From: Takakia lepidozioides
Taxonomy: Eukaryota; Plantae; Bryophyta
Reading direction: 5' to 3'
DNA length: 64,000 nt
Assembly: GCA_030704615.1 (NCBI GenBank)
Contig: CM060734.1
Coordinates: 40,486,001 to 40,550,000 of the forward strand
Position numbers and translations under genes: made by a program. A model generated the notes under the pieces. That model worked only from the letters and a program-made list of their open reading frames with translations. It did not search any database and was not told the DNA's origin. Below, in pieces: positions 52,883 to 63,680 of this stretch (position 1 is its first letter; each line of letters begins with the position of its first letter).

Positions 52883-54160
52883 ATGAAGAGAGTGAGGGGA
52901 ATGGAGGATATCAAGGTGAAGAGCACCACGATTCTGCAGAAACAAACAATTGCTACACCGCAGGCAGTGCAGCTGCTGAGGGAGTTGCAATTGGAGGGGC
53001 TGCTACGCAAGGACTGGTCCTTGCAACATCGACAATATATGATTCAATTTCTTCAGAACTTTGAGCCTCGGACGGGAGTTACCCAGGTGAGGGGAGTAGA
53101 TATAGAAATTACTCCCCAGTACTTACAGCAATTGTTTGATTTGCCATCGGGTCATGTGGATGTGGATGAGCACAGGGCAAGATTGCAGATAGGGAATTTG
53201 TTCCAAGAAGGGAGTTTCTTTAAGACTCAAGATTACGCTTGTACCAAAGCCGAGTACCCAGGGCTCAGAGAAGTTGGCCAAATATTGAACGTTTTGTTTG
53301 CCATGAAACAGAACCAACAGTATTTGAGCAGGTCATTCACAGAGGAGATCCTGAAAGCTTTGAGGGGAGAGGATGTAGCTTGGGCAGAGTTAATGTATAG
53401 TGGTCTGGTAGAAGAGATGAAGAGGTTACAGGGCACTGCTGCTAAGTCTCCGATCATTGTGTCTGGTCCAGTCATTGCCCAAATCATTCTTGACTCTTGC
53501 ATACTTGATACTTGGGAACATAAAGAGATGGGAGTGTTTGAGGCAGTAACCACTGCAATTGAAGAGCAGGGCTCTTCACATAGTGAGGGTGGACTGGCAG
53601 GGCAACACCAGTCTAAGAGACAGAAGCGGGGTATGACTGTAGTGGCGGATCCACTGGCTTCACGGAAACCGCAAGATGATGTTTCCCAAGCTCTTGTGCA
53701 TGATAGGATAGAGCAGCACAGAGGGCTGTTATTATTGGAAGCACGGCCTTTGGAGAGGGAAGAAGAAGTCACTTCGGTACCACAGCCATCACAACCAGTT
53801 GACTCAGTTGTCTCAGAGGTTCCACAGTTAGAACATACTGTGACACCACCCCCAATTGCTCTGGACGGAGAAAGGTTGGACATTCCCACTAAGCAGGTCG
53901 TGGCTGAAATTGAGAAGGGTGACCTTCTCTATGAAAACTCTGGCTTGGTAAGGGAATCAGTGGTTCCAGAGGTGCAAAGTTTGTCCAGGGAAATCCCTGT
54001 TGTGCATGTAATACCCACAGCTGTGACGGAGGTACCAGGGGTAGAATATAAGGACACTGCAGCACCTGTGGAGGATGAGGTGGTTCAGGAAGAGGATCCG
54101 GTGGGGCAATGGCCTGAATGGTTGGTGAAGCATCACATTGTGGAAGATCAGGGGGAATAG
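52883..54160 (+). CDS. Extra 3' ORF of the nested gypsy (resembles 'putative plant transposon protein' ORFs)
   Basis: Open 425 codons from ATG 52883 within ORF 52439-54160. Motif QFLQNF...VRGVDIEITPQYLQQLFDLP...VAWAEL, followed by an acidic low-complexity tail. Confidence 0.55.
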   Translation: MKRVRGMEDIKVKSTTILQKQTIATPQAVQLLRELQLEGLLRKDWSLQHRQYMIQFLQNFEPRTGVTQVRGVDIEITPQYLQQLFDLPSGHVDVDEHRARLQIGNLFQEGSFFKTQDYACTKAEYPGLREVGQILNVLFAMKQNQQYLSRSFTEEILKALRGEDVAWAELMYSGLVEEMKRLQGTAAKSPIIVSGPVIAQIILDSCILDTWEHKEMGVFEAVTTAIEEQGSSHSEGGLAGQHQSKRQKRGMTVVADPLASRKPQDDVSQALVHDRIEQHRGLLLLEARPLEREEEVTSVPQPSQPVDSVVSEVPQLEHTVTPPPIALDGERLDIPTKQVVAEIEKGDLLYENSGLVRESVVPEVQSLSREIPVVHVIPTAVTEVPGVEYKDTAAPVEDEVVQEEDPVGQWPEWLVKHHIVEDQGE

Positions 54161-54219
54161 CAGCAAGTTCACCATGATGACCCCCAGCAGGCCATGCTTA
54201 TGAGTTCCATAAGCAGGAC

Positions 54220-54960
54220 ACTTGTGCGTTACCGCACTATTTTGTGCTTACATGTAGGTGTGATTTGTACATGGCAGACAGCCCTGGTGTGATACATTTT
54301 GACATAGAAAAACAAGCAAAGTGGGGGGCACAAATAGCGTGCGTTGCCGCACACTATTTCGTGCTTCTTTTTTAGTGTGATTTGAACTTGGCAGGCAGCC
54401 CTAGTGTGACACATTTTGACATAGACAAACAAGCAAAGTGGGGGGCACAAACAGTGTGCGTTGCCACACACTGTTTCGTGCTTCCATCTAGATCAGTTTT
54501 GAACATGGCAGACTGGCCATGTTTGGCCCATTATGACATTAAAAAAAAACAGGGCACAAACAGTGTGCGTTGCCGCACACTGTTTTGTGCTTCCTTTTTG
54601 GTGTGATTTGAACTTGGCAGACAGCCCTGGTGTGACACATTTTGACATAGAAAGAAACCAAGTACATGGGCACAAACAGTGTGCGGCAACGCACACTGTT
54701 TCATGCATCAATCTAAGTGTGTGTGATACACCACATACTGGCCTGGTCTGGTTCATTTTGACATGAAGAACAAGCAAGAAAGAGGCAAAAACAGTGTGCG
54801 TTGCCGCACACTGTTTCGTGCTTCCATCCAGCTGCATTATGACATGGCAGACTGGGCTGCTGTGGTACAGTTTGATATCAAAAACAATCAAAGCAGGGGT
54901 AGGTTTTCTTGATACATGGCAGACTGGGCTGGTGAGGTACATTTTGAAATCAAAGAACAA
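54220..54960. repeat. ~115-bp tandem array with a palindromic core, probably DNA-transposon subterminal repeats
   Basis: About 6 units with core ACAGTGTGCG-TTGC-CGCACACTGT. Confidence 0.85.
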
Positions 54961-56297
54961 CAAGATGAGGGGCTGTTATGACAGACTTGTACCTTTCTTT
55001 GTGCTGCGTTGGATGTCTCTCCAATCGCAGGAGACCCTTTGCGCTTCGGACTGCTGCCTATGCTGAGCATGTTCTGGAGCATCTCCGCCATCCTCTTTTC
55101 CACTGTCCGCTTCTTCATGAGGCCATCATCAACATCCTCTTTGGCGTCCGTCTCTCCCTCGGATGCGGTCTCCTCCTCACCCGTTCTCGGCAGTATGGCG
55201 GGCTGTTGTTCCTCTCCCAAATCCCGCTCTTGCATCGCCAACCTTTCCTCATTGCCCTCATCTTCCTCCTTTCCCTCTTTGTCTACTCTTTCCAACCTCA
55301 TTCTATCTCTGGCTCTCTTCCTCTCCCTAGTGCTGGTAAAGTATAGCGACTTCCTTCTCTTCTTCCTCCGGTGGAAACAAACACTCCCCACGCTGCCTCT
55401 AGAGCTCTCCAGTTTGACGTTTGCACCAACGGTTACTTTGGCATGTATCCAAAATACAATTTGGACATTGTTAACGGTATTTGGATGCGGGAGTCATCAT
55501 TATGTACGAACGGAATTCATCCATTTCTCCGTCTTTCAATTACCCAAAAAAGTAAGTGGTGGCACTTCAATTGCCGTTCCGTCTACTTGTGGGATATGTC
55601 AGTTGTACTTTGCTGGCTGCCAGTACATGACAGGCTTCTTGCATTCAAAAAAATTTAGAAGCGCCGTAAAAATCGATCGCAAGTCGAATTTTTGAGAGTA
55701 CTTGCACATTGGCAATAATTGTGATGCTTCACACATGCATCCAGGTATGTTGTACTGCCTATCATGTGATTTGCATTTCGCCGTCGCCGGCGCAATGCAA
55801 TCATTTTGGCATAAAGCTTGATGTCGGCAATCGTGATGTGTTGCGCACCTTCGTGCCAAGTGTCCCCCTGAGTGTCAGTGTTTGTGTTGTGCTCTTCTGG
55901 CACAGCACAAACAAATTTGACTCGGGGTATCCTGTTTATTGGACTCGTGGGGCCGTGCCGTCTTTCCATAATGGATGGCTTCATATCCTTTGCAGGGTTT
56001 GCTTTTCATCCAAACACAATACGGTTTCTTGTGGCTTCTTGTCTTTGAAAACAAATTTTCTATTTGGTGTCTCTCAGTGTGGCTGACTGCGGAGTTCGGT
56101 GCAGACTTTCGCTGTGCATGTCATTCTTAGAGAAGATTGTGAACCCCAAATCCGTTGCATGCATCGCCCGCAGTCTTTGGGACAGTGCTACCCTTATTCA
56201 CCTCAGTTCGTTTGGGGTGGATCCCCTTTCGAGAATTACGGGCTATCAGTGCGGGGGACCCTTCGTGGATCGCAACTTTGGGTCAGTGTAGGAAAAC

Positions 56298-58690
56298 ATG
56301 TCCAGGGAGGGAGACATACTCGCTCGATTTCATTCCAATGCAGGTAGTCTTCCACTGACTACCACTACAGATGACGATGGATTTGCAGTTGTTCATGAGG
56401 ATGAGCTGGTTATAGTGTTCCCTCTGGAATTGGGTTCTCTGCTTGTTCAAAAAAAGGTGTATGACGAGGATGAGAATTTGGATTCTCGGCACTTGCAGAA
56501 ACCATTGGTTGGCGAGTGTGGGAGGAAGTGGAGAGTCCTTCCAGGCACATACCGGGTCCTTGGAAAAGAGAGAAGACAATCAGCAGGATCAGTAGTTACC
56601 CCTGGCACTACAGCATCGGTCGTACAACAGAAGGGCACAATTCATGTGAAACAAGAGGTGAGCACATCCACTACATTCGTGACTCTTTCAGACTCGTCCT
56701 CGGAGGATGTTTCTGAGATTCCTCCGCCAGTGCAAACTCCATTCTTGGATGATGACAAATTGCAGGAGATAACGAGTGTCATTCCCAAATTGAAAACCCT
56801 CGCAGGGGTGCCTGGGTGCAAGAGCGAGCTGCGTTTTGTTGATTGGGAGTCCCTTCGAGTGCAGCGGGCTCAATATGTGCCAGCCGAGTTTGACAGGGAC
56901 ATCTTGTTTGAGCTCAACCCTCCCACGTCTTCCAGTGGACTAGTTGGGCTTCTGCAGGGCATGGACAAGAAACATGACGCACACCTTTGGTGCAGGACAA
57001 AAACATCGAACATCCACAACGACATTGGATTGAAATTTCGAAGGTCGGTTTGCGTTGGGCATTGCAAGTGCGTGAATATTTCTTGCCCTCGCCTGAGAAA
57101 CAGCTCTAAACCAAACGAAAATGAGTGGGAAGGTGTGCCCCTGAATCCTTTCACCCCAGGGCTTGCCCCTCCCAAGACCAATACTTTTGTGTGCAGGTTC
57201 TGCAAACTTGCCCCGTCATGTGTTTCTCTGTGCCACCCTCGTATGTACCAGGTGGCACACCGATGCAAGACAATGACTCGTGCCTGCATTCATATGGGTA
57301 CACACGAGCATCCTGTGTCGAAGGGAAGTTGCAGGGATAACGTGGACATCGCTAGAAATCTGCTGAAGCAAGAATTCCACAATGCCCCTTCTGCAACACC
57401 TTCTGCTATAGCGCTTGCAGCTAGCAAGGCATTCATGGAAAAACACATACTGGGTGAAGGGGATGCGACACAACCAATGCTGGATGCAGATTCGCTTGAT
57501 GCAGTGATGGACCATTTCTCCGTGTTGAGCTCTCCCAATATTCAAAACCAGGTGAATGCACTTAGAATAGGCATAGGCAGTTCTGGATTCATGGACAACA
57601 TTATGGACCTCAAACGGAGGAGTCGCTATGAATTCATTCAAAACAATATCTTCCCTGGCCAGGGCTCGTCCAAGGTGTATTTGTTCAAGATGTCCACAGT
57701 GGGCGAAGGCAGTGGTGTGAGCATAGTCCGCCGAATGCAACCTGGAGGAGATTTGGCAAAATGTTGGTTAATGTTTGATCACTGCAAACAGGTGAAGGGT
57801 TGGACAACCATGGCGTGCCATATGTACGATCCAGCGTACTATTGTGTGCTCTCCATAGCAATTTGTGATATGCAGTTGGAGGACACTGAATCCCAAATGC
57901 TCATGTGGAATTCTCTCATGGCCGTCATGCAACGCAATGGAATGCATAACACAAATTTTGCGGGCTTCATGGCTGATAGTGCACAGGCAAATTTCAATGC
58001 AGTGCGGCGCGTCTTTGGTTCGGGGGATCCTAAGGTCCCAATGGAAAATAGGGAGCGCACATGTCTCTTCCATTGGAGTCATTCTCTAGCACGTCATACA
58101 AAGCGCTGCATTCGCCCTGACCTTCAGTTGGAGCACAGAAGGCTTTGCCTCAAGTACAAAAATGCCATCTCAATGGGAGAAGCTGAGAGCACTTACCAAG
58201 CAATCTGGGCTTGGTGGTTCTTCTCTGGTGCTGCTACTGGTATCCACCTGAAGGAGTTGGAGGACTGGTTGGTTTTCTGACACTTTAGGTACAGACAGTG
58301 GGGAGCTTTCATGACGACAGTAAGCCTCTTCAATCCCAGAAACACAAATTTCACTTTGCATCGTGCCTGTTCCTTTGGGGTTGTTGGATTATCACTTGCA
58401 GAACCTCTTCCATTTCCTTTCGTTCCTCACATTTGCATGCAATGCCTCCTGCAGGACATGTCCTTGGAGGACTTGGCCGACATGCCTTCCTGTAATTTTG
58501 CGGACACTGTTCACAACACCTGGATGCAGCAGTCTACCAAAGTAGGATGTGACTTGTATGTGGCCACTGCAGATGACATGGTGCGGGCACTTACACAACA
58601 AACCAGATACCGCAATTTTCTGATGGGACGGGGCGGAGGCAAGGGCCCTGATACGACTTTGTTGATGCTAAGGGCTGCGAGCAGGTCCTG
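56298..58690 (+). pseudogene. Mutator-like (MULE) transposase with a GCM-like zinc domain; intron 58320-58454; 3'-truncated
   Basis: DAHLWCRTKTSN..CVGHCKCVNISC..CRFC..C..IHMGTHEHP, then WLMFDH..FMADSAQAN..CLFHW (D..D..CxxH). TGG>TGA stop at 58278. GTAAG...CTGCAG intron. Confidence 0.75.
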
Positions 58691-59745
58691 AGCCCCCTTG
58701 TTGCCTTGAGCATATTGAGGTAGTGGTTGGCTAGGAGCACCACTACCCCGTGGTGTCTCCTTAGCAAATCTCACCATGACCACTTGTTCCTCCACCATGT
58801 TGAGCTCTATCCGCTCTGCCAGCAAAAACACATTTGCTAAGGTGGGTTGGGCCGCTTGTAGAAGAGTTGCATCCCGCACCCTTCTCCTCAGCTCCTTGTC
58901 CAATATCCCATACCAAAATTGGACTGCTTGAGCTTCCGTAACCCCTTAGATTACATTTATCAAGCGCATTATGCGAGTGAAAGCCTCCCTCAAGCTCTCA
59001 ATAGGATTCTGTTGGAACTCTTGCAAGCTCCGCAATTTCTCGTCCTCACCCCTTGGTAGTTCCCTCTCAACTCTTCGAAGAACTCCACAACAGGGTTGAA
59101 GGCAAGCACGGGTACTGGTGCTGGTGTGGCAGTGGCTTGGGTGGATGTTGTAGCTATGGTACCACTAGTCTCACTAGACCCACTGCTGCTTGTTGAAGCT
59201 GCCAGTGTGGCTGCTGCCCTTGTCCCTCTAGTACCTCTAGTGATGGAGACATAGTCGGGTGACCAGTACATCCTCCACTCCTCGATCTCAACATCATGCC
59301 CCCGCCTAAACTCATGGTAATCATCCATGGGCGGCCCCTCAAGGTGCTGAAACAGCCCCTTCCATGCCATGAAAGACGTAAATAGTTGTGGATTGCGCAT
59401 TTGCTACAAATCACACCAACTATCAAACTCTTGGATGAAATCGTCCAGCTCAATGGTGCCACTGCTCCAGAGTACCTACGTGGCCCCTTGGTAACTCCAT
59501 ACATCTCCTCCATTGTATCCCACAACAATGGCAAGGAAGTAACTTGCCCCGTCGGCGTGAACCCTCTTGATTCAGAGCCTGAATCATAATCTTCATTGGA
59601 AGACACAGGAGATGAAGGTGGCCTAAACCACACACCTTATCTCGTGTACCCACTAATATCGCTAGTGCTCGAACTGGCACTCTCCCCAGCAACTAGTGGC
59701 ACCTCCGTGGTGACAAACTGACACTCAACCGGTCATGAACATGTC
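58690..59745 (-). pseudogene. gag of the DNMT-gypsy (N-terminal part, frameshifted)
   Basis: PRRYSG..ELDDFIQEFDSWCD, FFEELRGNYQG, DKELRRRVRDA..TLANVFLLAERIE. Same strand as, and upstream of, the protease. Confidence 0.6.
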
Positions 59746-60169
59746 TCTAATCTCCTTTCCACAAGGTAACCGGGTAGAGAACCTGTTGCGGCTTATGGTT
59801 TGGAATACTAGGTTTCTAACATAGCCTGCACCTGCACTTGCATCCACCGCAAGCACTCATATGGTTGGCTGGTCATCACCTCCAACCTCATCACAAGAGA
59901 AACAATGATGGTCTGACTGGTCATCACCCCAGCCTCACCATCGACAGCACGCTCTAGGACTGGCCGGTGATCAAATCCGGACCAATCACCTATAAAAACA
60001 AGCGCCCACACAAAACTAACATGGCGCACAGTCAAGCATGCAGATGTGGAGGGGATCTCTTCGCTCACTTGCATGACCATGGGAATATCATGAAGATACT
60101 CCTCAAACCGCCCTCCACGAGCTTCAAAATTTGGCCTTCAAGACCACATGTTAATCCTCAGGCAGTCCA

Positions 60170-60565
60170 CCAGTGCCTCCACAGGTCAGCACAGGCCGTC
60201 CACAGGTCAACACGGGCCACCACATACCAGCACAGGCCCACACAGATCATATGTCATAGCCATCACAGCCCCACATAGGCCACAGCCATCACAGCCTATC
60301 ACAGCCCATCACAGCCCCATAGGCCACAGGTCACAGCCCGTCACAGCCCATCACAGCCCCACAGGCCACAGGTCACACCTATCACAGCCCTACACAGGTC
60401 ACAGGGTCACAGCCCATCACAATCCCATAGGCCATAGGTCACAGCCTGTCACGGCCCTACACAGGTCACAGGGTCACAGCCCGTCACAGCCCCAAAGGCC
60501 ACCGCCTGTCACAGCCCATCACAGCCCCAAAGGCCACAGCCTGTCACAGCCCGTCACAGCCCCAT
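60170..60565. repeat. CACAG(G/C)-rich short tandem array in the 5' UTR of the DNMT-gypsy
   Basis: CACAGCCCAT / CACAGGC / CACAGGT units. Confidence 0.85.
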
Positions 60566-62054
60566 CCATGGCCGCTCATGGCAGTTTAGCCATTTCTCCA
60601 AGGGGTTTAGCCACGCCAAGCTAGGGTTTGTGTCTCTTGAACCTTGGGCTTCTTTGCACCGAGCTATGGCGGTTGTGAGGAAATCAGCAAGGTATTCTTG
60701 CTCTCTTTGGCTCCCACACACCACCAATAATAGCTCTAAGTCATGAGGAAGATGTTTGCCACAATCCAAGCCTTCTTTCTCACTTAGAGTCCCATAAACA
60801 CGCCACTCAAGACCGTGAAAAGCAACCATGCCTTGCTGGTTTCCAGCCCTTGTAAGCAGTACTTAATGGGCTCTCCTTGGCCATAACATGTATCTTAGGG
60901 CCTATTCCAGCCCCCTACACCTGCCACTTCAAGAGCCATGCTCTATCTAGGCTTGAAGTTGAAACCCTAACTCACATATGCCCTACGAATGTTTTTTTTT
61001 TTCACCCAAGTGGGAACCAGCCCTAGCCCTTCCATTCTAGCTCTCTAAAGCTTGAAAACAAAAGCCCAATGGACTGAAGGCATGCTCCACACATGCCCCA
61101 CTCTTGCCACAAGAGAATGAGCCCCTTTGCTTCCTTTCTTGCACCCACCAACCTGAAAATACAAGCTTCAGCGGGCTGAAAGCATGCTCCACACAGGCCC
61201 TACAGGGAAACTAGCCCCTTCATTCCTTTCTTGCACTCCCAAACCTGAAAGTACAAGCCTTCAATAGGCTGAAAGCACCACACATGCATTGCCCTCACAT
61301 AAGAGAAATCAGCCCTTCCATCTTTCTTGTTTGCCCTCCAAGCTTGAAGATGGAAGCTTCAATGGGCTGCATGCATGCTTCACACATGCAACCCCTTCAC
61401 ACAAGAAGTATCAGCCCCCTATCTTGGCTCCTTGGCTCCTTGGCTCCTTGATGCTCTCTAAAACAAGACTAAGCACCCTATAGCCTTTTCCAAGCTCATG
61501 AAACCCTAAGGTCTATATTTCCAGCCACAAGACACTCCTCTTGTGATGCATGAGCTCCTCTTCCAAGCTCTGAAACCCTATGTGCACATTCCATGGCCTT
61601 GTTGCACCTCTTAGCTCCTGTTCCAGCCTTGTTCTTGCCATGGCAAGAGCCCTCTCAATGCTGAAGCTCGAGATTGAAATCCAATCTCAACATACTCCAC
61701 CAAGTGCACTGATTTGCCCCAAAGCCAAATCAGCCCTCTCGCTTGATCTTTTACTCTTCCGCACCATGGAAGCTCGTATTCCCAAGGCCGCCAGAGCCAC
61801 TATAACCTACTCTTGCTGATCAGCCTCATATGCTCATGACTGATCCTCTTCCCACTCGTGCTCACCGCACACAATCTGAAACAATCAAGGTGCTCTGGAA
61901 TTACTTGCAGCACGGTGCTTTCATCTCTGAAACTGAAGATCGAATGCCAAGGTCTATCACCTCGTAACCAACATCGCCTCCGCTCCTAACAACCACGACC
62001 TTGATGATGCTCCTCGCATCCAAACCTGATTTCTCTCATTCTCAAGCAAAAACC

Positions 62055-62364
62055 ACAAGCACAAGCTCATGCGAGCTCACATAGCTGAAGCATAAACTCA
62101 TGCATATATAAACTCATCACTCAAATACAAGTCAAGCCAAAGTGCACCCCACGCCATGGAGAATCCACACTACGTCGCCATATCTAGGCGCGGTGAGGCT
62201 CAACTCGAGAAAGATAAGCCTCCTGCAATGCCGTGAAGATAACCACTCTCGGGCCTAAATCTACCCTGACCCCTGGATTGACACTTGGGCCAATCCCAAA
62301 TGTCAATATGTAAAAGCTAGTTATTTCCTAGCTAGTTTCACACTAGTGGTGAAATAACTTGATA
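62055..62364 (-). repeat. Terminal repeat segment B, outer copy (element 5' terminus)
   Basis: Direct repeat of 39143-39450. The terminal TG has become TA. TATA-like TTATATAT near its inner end on the minus strand. Confidence 0.9.
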
Positions 62365-62560
62365 GCTGGAAAGAGGAAGAAATAGCCCCGTTGACTATGA
62401 CTTTACTGGAAGCAGAACTCAAAAGGATTTCAATCCAACAAAGAAAGCTGCCTTTAATACCACATTTGTCAGTGGCAACAAGCAGATAGTCCCAATCAAT
62501 ATTATCGAAGGCTTTTTCAAAGTCAAGCATCAGCAAAGCCAGTGGTTGGTTATTCTCAGC
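62365..62560 (-). mobile_element. LINE RT fragment contiguous with 37200-38983 before the gypsy insertion
   Basis: AENNQPLALLMLDFEKAFDNIDWDYL...VIVNGAISSSFQL. Confidence 0.88.
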
Positions 62561-62979
62561 GGGAATTCATTACTACATATAGCATTACTGGAAACTGATG
62601 AATATATGGATTATCATTATTCACTAGAAATGAAACAAAATTATATTTTTGATAAGTATCATACTGGTTGTTGGTTTCATTAATGATGGCGTCCACCAAC
62701 TCCATTATTTATTAAGATTCATAATAATCACCTCTACCAACTCCATTCTTTAATTCAAATTATAATTAGTAGTGGTTATAAAAATTTATGGAAGCTCATT
62801 AGTAATGACACAATTATCATGCATTTAAAATAACTGACAAAATCTCAATGGCTACATATCACATATAGCATTTATTACAAAAAAAACTGTCATTATGTTT
62901 TTACAAATGAAATAAAATTCTATTTCCAATAAATCTCATAATAATTGTTGATCCGACACACCCACATTTCCCTTGAAAT

Positions 62980-63680
62980 GAAGCTTTAAGGATTTCTTAG
63001 AACCCTTAATATTTATATTCACTCTAAGGATTTCATAGAGCCGCTCTAAGGAACCCTTAGAGCAAGAAAATAGAAAAACAAATAAATTGCTATTTATATT
63101 CGCTCTAAGGATATTTTAGAGCAGCTCTAAGAAACCCTTAGAGCGAGAAAATAGACAAAAAAAAAACACACTCTAAGGGTTTCTTAGAGCGGCTCTAAGA
63201 AACCATTAGACCCAAAAAAACAAAAAAAACAAAAAAAACAAAACTATTTATATTCGCTCCGCTCTAAAAAATGTTTAGAACGAGACAATAGAAAAATGTA
63301 CATATTATTTATATTCATTCTAAGGTTTATTAGAGTCGCTCTAAGAAACCCTTAGGGCGAGAAAACAGAAATTAATAAATTACTATATATTTGCTAAGGA
63401 TTTTTTAGAGCTGCTCTAAGAAATCCTTAGAACGGGATAATAGAGATTAATAAATTACTATTTATATTTTCTCTAAGGATTTTTTAGAGCCGTTCTAAGA
63501 AATCCTAGAACAAGAGAATAGAAATTAATAAAATACTATAAATATTCGTTATAAGGATTTCTTACAGCCGCCGCTCTAAGGGTTTTTTAGAGCGAGAAAA
63601 TAGAAAATAATTAATTTACTATCTATAATATTTGCTTTAAGGATGTCGTAGAGCCGCTCTAAGAAACCCTTAGAGCGAGC
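62980..63680. repeat. AT-rich array of CTCTAAG-N5-CTTAGAG palindromes
   Basis: Repeated CTCTAAGGATTT(C/T)TTAGAGCCGCTCTAAGAAACCCTTAGAGCGAGAAAATAG, in units of about 60-70 bp. Confidence 0.8.

Larger units (their letters stand above)
45239..54200 (+). mobile_element. Nested non-chromovirus Ty3/gypsy element with extra 5' and 3' ORFs; 3' LTR not found
   Basis: Starts TGTTAC at the break in the host pol. gag with 3 CCHC-type knuckles (one degenerate), protease LIDGGSGVN, RT FLDDF, RNase H, integrase KWGLDFVGP..SDQG..YYPQGNGQAE. Confidence 0.8.
38984..62364 (-). mobile_element. Ty3/gypsy retrotransposon carrying a DNMT3-like methyltransferase and a PHD finger, with split terminal repeats; contains nested insertions at about 45239-58690
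   Basis: Inserted in the LINE RT between SSSFQL and FRSVRQG with a 4-bp TSD, GTTG (38980-38983) / GCTG (62365-62368). Removing it restores the LINE frame. Domains are listed separately. Confidence 0.88.

Noticed and set aside
54220-54960. CRISPR-like appearance (palindromic repeats at regular spacing)
   Set aside because: The spacers are homologous to each other, there are no cas genes, and the context is a eukaryotic TE. It is a tandem repeat.
54888-55695. Opposite-strand ORFs upstream of the MULE as a second (mudrB-like) gene
   Set aside because: Low-complexity, interrupted and without a recognisable motif; cannot be supported.
38984-62364. DIRS/Ngaro tyrosine-recombinase element, suggested by the split repeats
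   Set aside because: It encodes an HHCC-DDE integrase and a protease and has TG..CA ends with a TSD. No YR motifs were seen.
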